14,486 bases of DNA, taken from NCBI GenBank assembly GCA_044226625.1, contig JBGAGQ010000105.1, positions 1 through 14,486 of the forward strand, written 5' to 3'. The notes beneath the pieces are model-generated. The model saw nothing but the letters and a program-made list of their open reading frames with translations, had not been told where the DNA came from and ran no database searches. This DNA comes from Thermoanaerobaculia bacterium (GTDB lineage: Bacteria > Acidobacteriota > Thermoanaerobaculia > Multivoradales > UBA5704). Position 1 is the first letter of the stretch. Each line of letters begins with the position of its first letter. Of this stretch, positions 6,498 to 13,565 are shown piece by piece. A program made the position numbers and the translations under genes.

Positions 6498-9014
6498 TCA
6501 TCCCGCGAGCCCGGCGGCGCCCAGGGGCGCGAGGAAGCGAAGCATCAGGATCAGTCGAGCGAAGGCTGCCACCGCCTCGACCAACGCTTCGAGGATCTGG
6601 GGGAGGAAGATCGCCGTCGCGATCATGATCGCGAGCAGGGCCGTCGCGAACTGGATGATGTGGACGGGGACCCACGCCGGCGCGAGCTCCTTGATACAGC
6701 GCACGAGCGCGCCGCCGGCCGTGCCGCCCGAGATCAGGTAGCCGGCCGCCCCGGTGAAGGGGTCTTCGATCACGTAGCCCGCGCCTTTCCAGATCCCCAG
6801 GTCGACGTTCCGCTCGGGGACCAAGGCGATGCTCCCCTGGGAGACCGCGTTGGCGACCTCCGCCTCCACGGTGGCGGAGAGCTCCAAGTGCGGCAGGACC
6901 GCGGCGAGGTTCTCCTGCGTGATCCGGTAGAGCGGAATCCCCTGCGCCGCGGCGGCGCCGAGCAGGCTCACCGCCGAGAGGCCGCCGGTGCCGGATTCGC
7001 GGTCGGCGGGAGGATCGAGGCGAGCGTAGATCGCCCCCTCGAGATACGAAGCGATGAAGCCGGTCTGGCGGATCGCCTGGTGGGCTAGGACCGTGGTGGG
7101 TGCCGCGACGTCGACGCTCAGGAGCTGGAGATCCATCGCGTGGCTCTGGTAGGTGCCGGAAAACGGCACGCCATAGAGCGTCGAGACGGAGATCGGCGCC
7201 GAGAACACGCCGACCGACGGCTGCACGACGAGCCGCGCGCCGATCGCCCGCGCCGAGATGCCCGCGACGTCGGCGAGCGCCGCGAAATACTGCAGGCTGG
7301 CCTGGTGCAGGAACTCCGGGGCGTCGGCGACCGGATGCGCCGCGAGCCGTTTTTCGGCGACCGAGCTGCGGATCTCTCCAGCTTGCGCGCCGACTACGAT
7401 CTCGTCGCCCGCGGCCACCGTGAACGGCACCCGTTCGGTTCCGGACGGCGAACGAAGGGAGGCGTCGAGGTAATAAGGCGAGCCCATCGGAACGGCCGCG
7501 CCGGTCGCGAGCACCACGCCGTCGACCTCGATCCGCGGCGTGACGCGGACCAGGTAGATCGGCAGCGAGGACGCTCCGCTCGTCCGCGCCGTGGTGAGAA
7601 TCTGCTCGTCGAGAGCGGACGCCGGTACGAAGCGGACGCCGAGCCGGCGGCTGCCGAGCGACGGGAACGAGATCGAGGCGGAGAGCGCCGCGTGCCCCGT
7701 CGAACGATCGATCGCCGACGCGAAGCCTTGGACCACGATCGAATGGCGAAGGCTCGACGGGAGCGCGGCGTAGCGCGCCTCGGTCCACTCGACCCGGTAG
7801 GGGAGCGACGCGGGAAGGATCGTGCGGTTCTCGGCGATCGGCGATTCGCCGCCCGCGATCCCTTCGACCGTCCCCGGGACCTGCTGGCTCTCCAGGAAGG
7901 CGAACGTGTCCTGAAGCCAGGTTTCGATCCGCGGGCCCAGGAAGTGGTCGTCGAGGCCGCTCACCTTGCCGAGCGGTGCGTCGACCATGAACAGCGGGTC
8001 CGTGGGGGAGACGATGCCGTCGAGCGTCGGCGCCCCCTCGCGCGAAAGCGGCGGGGTGATCCGGTGCTCCTTCCAGGAGGCGTCGAGAGCGAGCCAGGTG
8101 TCCCGCTCGCCGTTCGTCGCGCCGCGCCCGGGCACGTAATCGACGAACGCTTCGACCCAGGCATGCTGGAATTGCAGCCGATCGTCCGCGCCGCCGTCGC
8201 TCCGGACGCTGGCGGCGATACCCCCCGCCCGGGCGAGCTGCTCGGCCTGACCGGTGCTCTCCAGGCCGCCGAAGGCGTTGCGGACGTCGGCGCCGTCGGC
8301 GCTCACCACCCCCGTCACGTAGCGCGCCGGGATGCCGGCCGCGCGCAGCAGGGCGACCAGGAGCGTCGCGGTGTCGAGCGGGTTGCCGCACAGCCGCTCG
8401 AGCGTGGCCGCCGAGTCCTGGGTCGCGCCGTAGGTGGGGAGGAGCTCCACCTCGCTCTTCACCCATTCGTAGATCCGGCGCGGATCGTTGCCGAGCGCCG
8501 CGGCGCGTGCCCGGATCTCGGGCGTGAGCCGCACCTCTTCGGTCTCCGCGAGATCCGCCGCGCTCGGCGGCGCGGCGCGGAGGATGCCGGCCGCGGTCGC
8601 GACGCGCGACGACTCGCCGAGGGGGCGCGGGTCGGCCTTGCGGGCGCGGAACGGCAGGCGCTTCGGATCGAGCGGGCGTTGGACGAGCTCGCGGTCGGAG
8701 TCGACGGCCTCGCCGCGCGCGGCCGCCGCTTCGAAGGACTTCACCGCCCCGAAATGGCGGGCCAAGACGGCGGGCGGGAGCTTTTCCCGCCGCGCCCAGG
8801 CTTCAACCGCCTCGAATGCGGCGGGCGCGCCGGCCGGCCCGAGCGAGCCGTGCGCCTCCCCGGGGGCCATCGCTTCGGCGCGCGTCGTCGGGCGGGGCTT
8901 GAGATCCTCCGTCGCCCGCGCCATCGCCCACCCCTCGCTCCCCGTGCACCAGGCGAGGCAGGCCGCCACCAACGCCGCGGTCGAGCGGCGGAACGATCGA
9001 TCGTTGCATCGCAT
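6498..9014 (-). CDS. Secreted transglutaminase-like (papain-fold) domain protein, catalytic Cys absent, hydrophobic C-terminal tail
   Basis: RBS AAAGGA and an N-terminal signal-like segment. Transglutaminase-core motifs: IYEWVKSEV, GNPLDTATLLVALLRAAGIPARYVTG, HAWVEAFV, WLALDAS. Late motif WKGAGYVIEDPFTGAAGYLISGGTAGG, then about 70 mostly hydrophobic residues. Confidence 0.88.
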   Translation of the reverse strand: MRCNDRSFRRSTAALVAACLAWCTGSEGWAMARATEDLKPRPTTRAEAMAPGEAHGSLGPAGAPAAFEAVEAWARREKLPPAVLARHFGAVKSFEAAAARGEAVDSDRELVQRPLDPKRLPFRARKADPRPLGESSRVATAAGILRAAPPSAADLAETEEVRLTPEIRARAAALGNDPRRIYEWVKSEVELLPTYGATQDSAATLERLCGNPLDTATLLVALLRAAGIPARYVTGVVSADGADVRNAFGGLESTGQAEQLARAGGIAASVRSDGGADDRLQFQHAWVEAFVDYVPGRGATNGERDTWLALDASWKEHRITPPLSREGAPTLDGIVSPTDPLFMVDAPLGKVSGLDDHFLGPRIETWLQDTFAFLESQQVPGTVEGIAGGESPIAENRTILPASLPYRVEWTEARYAALPSSLRHSIVVQGFASAIDRSTGHAALSASISFPSLGSRRLGVRFVPASALDEQILTTARTSGASSLPIYLVRVTPRIEVDGVVLATGAAVPMGSPYYLDASLRSPSGTERVPFTVAAGDEIVVGAQAGEIRSSVAEKRLAAHPVADAPEFLHQASLQYFAALADVAGISARAIGARLVVQPSVGVFSAPISVSTLYGVPFSGTYQSHAMDLQLLSVDVAAPTTVLAHQAIRQTGFIASYLEGAIYARLDPPADRESGTGGLSAVSLLGAAAAQGIPLYRITQENLAAVLPHLELSATVEAEVANAVSQGSIALVPERNVDLGIWKGAGYVIEDPFTGAAGYLISGGTAGGALVRCIKELAPAWVPVHIIQFATALLAIMIATAIFLPQILEALVEAVAAFARLILMLRFLAPLGAAGLAG

Positions 9015-9038
9015 GTCCGGTTCTTCCTTTCTGGGACC

Positions 9039-12000
9039 CTAGTTGCAGCGGGTCGAGTCGTAGAGCGCGCCCTGGTCGCCGCAGGCGCCGTGGCCACCGT
9101 TCGAGTGACGGACGAAGACGAGGACCTCCCCATCGCACGATCCCCCCTTGGGATCGAGCGCGCGGAAGCGGATGTGGTAGACCCGTCCGTCGCCGCCGCC
9201 GCGCCGCTCCGAGCGGACCTCGGCGATGGGGGTGCCGAGGCCGCGGCCGGCCGGGCAGGTCGAGCCGTTCGAATGCGGATCGGTCGGCTCGTCCTGGCGG
9301 ATCGACACGATGCCCACCGTGAGCGGGTCGCCGTCGGGATCGGTGAGGCCCTGGATCGAGATCGGGCGGAAGTTGTGGTTCGGCGGCCAGAGCGAGCTTT
9401 CCGACGGGCGCGCGGCCGAGCAGACCGGGTTGCGGTTGAGAACGGCCTTCACCTCGAGCGTTCCGCTCGCGAGCGTCTGGCGCGCCTCGCTCCCCGGAAC
9501 CCGGACCGAAAGCACCGCGAGGTAGACCTTCGGCGCGAGGCCGGCGGTCGACAGCGGCAGCGCGTCCGAGCGGGTGCCTCCCGGCGGGATCGAGACGGTC
9601 TCGACCGCTTGCGTCGCGACCGCGCCCGAGGCGGGATCGACCAGCGCCACCTCGACCGCGAGCCCGTCGACCGTCGCGTTGCCCTGGTTCAGAAGACCGA
9701 CGCCTGCGGTCGCCGGAGTGCCGACGAACACGGACGACGGGGAGATCGCGAGCGAACCGGTGAGACCGGCGCCGGTCGCCGCCGAGCTCTCGACCTCGAA
9801 CGGCCGGGAGCAGAGCGCGATCGGCGCGGCGCTCGGGTTCCCCCCGGGGATGATCGAGGCCTCGGCGAGGTAGCGGCCGGGCTCGAACGCCGCGAGGCTC
9901 ACGTCCTCCGTCGCGTCGACCGAGCCCAGGGGCGCGATCGGATCGAGCGGAAGGAAGGTGGAGACGAGGGGGACTCCTCCGGCGATCGGCCGGATTTCGA
10001 ACGCCGCCGCGAGCCCCTCGAACGGGGTGCCCGTCGTGAGGTCGTGGGTCCGGACGACGAGCCGGGCGAGATCGGTCGGCGCGTAGCTCGGCCGGTCCGA
10101 GAAGATCGAGCAGGAGACGAGAGTCGCCGGGATCTCGTCCGGGGTCGCCGCGTTGCAGTCGTCGTTCTTGCCGTTGCCCGGGATCTCCGGCGCGGTCAGG
10201 TTCACCTCCGGATCGTGATCGTCGCAGTCGACCCCTTCCGGATCGCCGTCCCCGTCGGCGTCGACCGGCGGCGGCGGCACCGCGAGGCACTGATAGGAGA
10301 CGGGGATCGTGCCGAGCGAGAGGTGCGAGGCGGCGTCGGTGAAGCGGAGCGTGAAGCTGCCGCTTCCCGGCGACCCGGAGCCCGCGAGCGTCACATCGAA
10401 ACGCGCGGAGCCGCCCGGGAGCACTCCGGGCCGGAGCGCCGGAGCGAAGGCCACGGAAACGCCCGACGGCGTCGCTTCCGCCGCGATCGAGACGTCGCGC
10501 GAGTGCGCCTGGCCGCCTGCCCGATCGACGGTTTTGCGGATCGCGTCGGCGATCAGGGTGGCGCCCGCGTCGGCCCCGAACCGGAAGTTCGGCACCAGCG
10601 GAACTCCGTCCGGGCCGAGCGTGCCGGTCGCCTTCGCGATCGCCGAGGTGAAATGGACGGGGCTGTTGGTGCCGACCGTGGGATTCACCTCGGCGGGGTT
10701 GGCCGGGAAGATCAGGCCGATCACCGAGATCCCCCGGCTCACCAGGTCGTCGACCGTCCCCGGTACGGTCGAGGCGCCGCGCGGAGCGACCGCGTCGGCG
10801 ACCGTGTTCGCGTCCAAGGTCAGCGCGTCGGAGACGAACCCGATCCGCCGCCGGGGCCCGAAGGAGACGTCGTCGATGCAGGTGAGCGGCCGGTTCGACA
10901 CGACGACACCACCCGCGCCGACGATGCTCGTCGGGATGGTCGTTCCCGCGGCGTACGGCGCCATCGGGCACCAGTCGGAGAACATCACGACGATCGGCAG
11001 GGCGCCGTCGCGAAAGCCGACGCCGCCGCGCGTGCCGGAGGCGGGGGCGACGTTCGAGCTGAAGGCCGGAATGTCGCCGCTCACCCCGGGAGAGTTGATC
11101 GCGACCAGGCTTCCCGCCGGTCCGCTGTCGAGCGTCGAGCCGTTGCCGTTGCCGTCGAAGCCGGCGCCGGTGGCGATCTGGTGGAGCGCCTCGTGCGCGG
11201 CGAGCGGTCCGCCGCCGGGCGGCTGGGGCCGGTTGATCGCCGCGGAGATGAGATCCGAAAAGCCGGCGATCTCGGGCGTCACGATCGGCTGGACCAGCGT
11301 GAACGCGCGCCGGGTATCGACGTCGGCGAAGCTGTCGAACGCGGGCTGCGGTCCGCCGAAGTTCCCGTAGTGGCCCAGGCCGAATCCCACCGAGAGGCCG
11401 GCCAAGGTGGTTTGCACCCGCGGCACCGTTTGGGTGAGCGCGGCGACCAGGCCCGCGTAGTTGCTGCCGACCGAGAAATTGAAATGGCTGGTGAGGAAGA
11501 AGACGTCGACCTTGTCGATCGCCGACCCGGTCGGGAGGGTGAGCGTCACCGGCACCGTCTGCGGCTGCCCGGCGCAGAACGCGGAGGTCGAATCGAACGA
11601 CAGCGTCGGCGGATCGACCACGCCGGTCGAGGCGCACTCGTTCGTGTTCAATCCGCAGGTGGCGTTGCAGGCGAGCGCGCCGCCGCCGAGCCCGAGGCTT
11701 TCGCAGGTTCGGCCGCCGAAGTCCGGGCCGTCGCACAGCTCCCCCGGCCGGTTGACCACGCCGTCGCCGCAGAACGGCGCGACCGCGCAGGCGGAGGTGT
11801 CGAAGCCGCAGGTCGCGCTGCAGGAGAGGGTTCCCTCGCCCAGGCCGAACGAGCCGCAGGTCCGTCCGCCGAGGTCGGCGCCGTCGCAACGCTCGAACGG
11901 CGGTTCGGCGATCCCGTTGCCGCAGAACGGCACGGCGGACAGGGCGCGCAGGGCGCGCAAGGCGAGCGCGGTCGTGAACGGATCGCCGCCCCAGGAGCCG

Positions 12001-12830
12001 TCGATCCGCTGCGCCGCGAGCAGGTACGCGGTGATCGGCCGCGGGTCGACGGTTCCCGCTCCGCCGTCCACCCGGAGCGCGCCGGCCGCGGCGAGCCCGA
12101 GCGCGGCGGACGCCGTGCGCAGCACGGACGCGGAGCCGGCGTCGGCCGGGCCGAAGCTCCCGTCCGGATTCCGGAGCGACGCGAAGTAGCCGACGGCGTT
12201 CGTGATCCGCGGCTCGACGAAGAACTGGCCGGAGAAACGGCTGAGCGCCGAGAGCGCGATCCCCGTGCAGTAGACCTCGCTGTCGGCCGGCGGGTCGTCG
12301 GTCGAAACGCAGGGCCAGCCGCCGTCGGCGTTCTGCTGGGAGAGGAAGGCGAGGAAGGCCTCGGAGAGCTCGGGCAGCGCGAGCACCGGCCGGTCGGCGA
12401 ACGCCTCGAACGCGAGCGCCGTATCGATCGGGTCGCGGCCGTAGCGCGCGGCGAGCCCCCAGCCGCCTTGGGCAGCGGCGTCGTTCGCGAGCGCCGCGGC
12501 AAGCGCCGAGACGTCGCGTCCCTCCCGGCCGAGCGCCACGATCCGCCGCGCCCGGTCGTCGCTGTCTTCGATCGGTGTGAGGGTCAGGTGATCGCCCGCC
12601 GCCGCACGCGCCCCGGCCGAGCTCGCCAGCTCCTGGAGCGCGCGCAGCGCCTCGGTCGTCGCCTGGGTCGCGCGAACCTCGCCGCTCTCCCAGCGGCCGT
12701 CGGCCTGCTGGGACGCTTCCAGGAAGCCGATTCCGAGGCTTTCCTGCGCCCCGATCGGCGCGGCGAGGAGAGCCCCGCCGAGCAACGCTCCCCAAAACCT
12801 CCGTCGTCCTCTTCGTTCCGCCGTACGCAT
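9039..12830 (-). CDS. Large secreted multidomain protein: prenyltransferase/squalene-cyclase-like QW repeats + 2 Cys-rich repeats + vWA-like domain + MopE-type metal-binding motif + Ig/CARDB-like domains + LWPPNH domain
   Basis: RBS GGGAGG and a signal peptide. QW-like repeats QQADGRW, AAQGGWG, QQNADGGWP, LRNPDGSFG, AQRIDGSWG. Two CG(N/D)G..E.CDG repeats. vWA-like strands VDVFFL, VGFGLGHY, GFRDGALPIVVMFSD. Motif DADGDG..DCDD.DP.VN..APEI.GNG.NDDCN. CARDB-like LLNQGNATVDGLAV. C-terminal LWPPNH...RSERRGGGDGRVYHI. Confidence 0.88.
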   Translation of the reverse strand: MRTAERRGRRRFWGALLGGALLAAPIGAQESLGIGFLEASQQADGRWESGEVRATQATTEALRALQELASSAGARAAAGDHLTLTPIEDSDDRARRIVALGREGRDVSALAAALANDAAAQGGWGLAARYGRDPIDTALAFEAFADRPVLALPELSEAFLAFLSQQNADGGWPCVSTDDPPADSEVYCTGIALSALSRFSGQFFVEPRITNAVGYFASLRNPDGSFGPADAGSASVLRTASAALGLAAAGALRVDGGAGTVDPRPITAYLLAAQRIDGSWGGDPFTTALALRALRALSAVPFCGNGIAEPPFERCDGADLGGRTCGSFGLGEGTLSCSATCGFDTSACAVAPFCGDGVVNRPGELCDGPDFGGRTCESLGLGGGALACNATCGLNTNECASTGVVDPPTLSFDSTSAFCAGQPQTVPVTLTLPTGSAIDKVDVFFLTSHFNFSVGSNYAGLVAALTQTVPRVQTTLAGLSVGFGLGHYGNFGGPQPAFDSFADVDTRRAFTLVQPIVTPEIAGFSDLISAAINRPQPPGGGPLAAHEALHQIATGAGFDGNGNGSTLDSGPAGSLVAINSPGVSGDIPAFSSNVAPASGTRGGVGFRDGALPIVVMFSDWCPMAPYAAGTTIPTSIVGAGGVVVSNRPLTCIDDVSFGPRRRIGFVSDALTLDANTVADAVAPRGASTVPGTVDDLVSRGISVIGLIFPANPAEVNPTVGTNSPVHFTSAIAKATGTLGPDGVPLVPNFRFGADAGATLIADAIRKTVDRAGGQAHSRDVSIAAEATPSGVSVAFAPALRPGVLPGGSARFDVTLAGSGSPGSGSFTLRFTDAASHLSLGTIPVSYQCLAVPPPPVDADGDGDPEGVDCDDHDPEVNLTAPEIPGNGKNDDCNAATPDEIPATLVSCSIFSDRPSYAPTDLARLVVRTHDLTTGTPFEGLAAAFEIRPIAGGVPLVSTFLPLDPIAPLGSVDATEDVSLAAFEPGRYLAEASIIPGGNPSAAPIALCSRPFEVESSAATGAGLTGSLAISPSSVFVGTPATAGVGLLNQGNATVDGLAVEVALVDPASGAVATQAVETVSIPPGGTRSDALPLSTAGLAPKVYLAVLSVRVPGSEARQTLASGTLEVKAVLNRNPVCSAARPSESSLWPPNHNFRPISIQGLTDPDGDPLTVGIVSIRQDEPTDPHSNGSTCPAGRGLGTPIAEVRSERRGGGDGRVYHIRFRALDPKGGSCDGEVLVFVRHSNGGHGACGDQGALYDSTRCN
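11634..11924 (-). repeat. Two tandem intragenic Cys-rich repeats (46-aa unit, 153-nt period), myxobacterial Cys-rich-repeat-like
   Basis: CGNGIAEPPFERCDGADLGGRTCGSFGLGEGTLSCSATCGFDTSAC (11924-11787) and CGDGVVNRPGELCDGPDFGGRTCESLGLGGGALACNATCGLNTNEC (11771-11634), with six aligned Cys each. Confidence 0.9.
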
Positions 12831-12837
12831 CTGCCGA

Positions 12838-12870
12838 TCCTCCCGAACCGAATCCGTGCCGTTCGGGGGA
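12838..12870 (-). promoter_or_regulatory. Stem-loop overlapping the RBS of the 1263-aa gene
   Basis: Minus-strand RNA reads UCCCCCGAAC-12 nt-GUUCGGGAGGA. The 7-bp core CCCGAAC/GUUCGGG is perfect, and the 3' arm runs into the GGGAGG Shine-Dalgarno. Confidence 0.4.
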
Positions 12871-12918
12871 AAGGCGCAAGGGCGAAAAAAAGAGGGCCAT
12901 CGGGTTGGCCGCGAGACC

Positions 12919-12927
12919 TGCTAGTTT
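12919..12927 (+). promoter_or_regulatory. Extended -10 element for a leaderless DUF4262 transcript
   Basis: TG-C-TAGTTT, then 6 nt (CGGCCG), then ATG 12934. There is no Shine-Dalgarno. Confidence 0.5.
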
Positions 12928-12933
12928 CGGCCG

Positions 12934-13410
12934 ATGAGCGACGCGATCGAACGAAAGCTACGCGAAGACGTCGAGGAGCATGGCTGGCACGTGCTCAACG
13001 TCCTGTCGGAAGGCGGCACGAGTCCGGGCTGGAGTTACTCGGTCGGCCTGTTCCATACCTTCGGTCATCCCGAGATCGTGGTCGTCGGGCTGCCGCCCGA
13101 CACGGGGCACGCGATCCTCAACGACGTGGGCGCCGCGATCCGCGCGGGGCGCCGGTTGGAGGACGGGACGGTCGACGCCGGTTTTCTCGAGGGATACGAC
13201 AGCCTCTTCCGGCAGGTGCCCACCTCTCGATACGAGAGCCACTTCGGGCGCGCAATCGATTTCTACGGCGGGACGGACTTTCCCGTGCTCCAACTGGTCT
13301 ATCCGGACCGGGAGGGGCACTGGCCGTGGGAAGAAGGGGTGGCGGCCGGCTTTCGGGAGGCGCAACCGGTCCTCGCGCTCGAGCCCGGCGCGGGAGCGGC
13401 GGCGACCTAG
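12934..13410 (+). CDS. DUF4262 domain-containing protein
   Basis: Family pattern: VEEHGWHVLNV ... WSYSVGLFHTFGHPEIVVVGLP ... LQLVYPDREGHWPWE. Confidence 0.88.
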   Translation: MSDAIERKLREDVEEHGWHVLNVLSEGGTSPGWSYSVGLFHTFGHPEIVVVGLPPDTGHAILNDVGAAIRAGRRLEDGTVDAGFLEGYDSLFRQVPTSRYESHFGRAIDFYGGTDFPVLQLVYPDREGHWPWEEGVAAGFREAQPVLALEPGAGAAAT

Positions 13411-13497
13411 CAGGCGGCTCAGAAACTCCCCCCACACGTCGCAGAGGTCCCGAGGACGACCCCTCGTGCGACGAAGGAGTTTTCAGCAGCCTGCTGG
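13407..13497. mobile_element. MITE-like / IS-end-derived palindromic element (~90 nt)
   Basis: Imperfect terminal inverted repeats AGCAGGCGGCTCAGAAACTCC (13409-13429) and GGAGTTTTCAGCAGCCTGCT (13476-13495). Inner arms CGTCGCA-GAGG and CCTC-G-TGCGACG. The ends are CTAG and CTGG. Confidence 0.55.
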
Positions 13498-13519
13498 AGA
13501 GGGGAGCGTGCCTACGCTC

Positions 13520-13565
13520 GAGATCCGGGGCGAGCCGAGCGCGCGGCTCGCCCCGGGTTTCTCTT
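13520..13565 (+). terminator. Intrinsic terminator hairpin between convergent genes (possibly bidirectional)
   Basis: Perfect 13-bp stem CCGGGGCGAGCCG (13525-13537) / CGGCTCGCCCCGG (13544-13556) with a 6-nt loop. It is followed on + by GTTTCTCTT and lies just past the stop of the minus-strand gene. Confidence 0.75.

Noticed and set aside
6448-8466. Upstream 673 codons of the 802-aa ORF as an overlapping gene or frameshift fusion
   Set aside because: This is an Arg-rich off-frame translation overlapping the transglutaminase-like gene. No slippery site was seen, and the last 129 codons have their own RBS and signal peptide.
9015-9041. The 1263-aa and 838-aa genes are in the same frame, separated only by TAG plus 8 sense codons (possible readthrough fusion)
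   Set aside because: The gap contains a good RBS (AAAGGA) and the second gene has its own signal-like N-terminus. Sharing a frame has a one-in-three chance, and no recoding signal is evident.
12905-12922. Possible sigma54 promoter TTGGC...TGC
   Set aside because: The GG-to-GC spacing is 11 nt rather than the required 10.
13504-13519. Small hairpin GAGCGT-GCCT-ACGCTC
   Set aside because: Only a 6-bp stem with no U-tract, which is not distinguishable from chance next to the stronger terminator.
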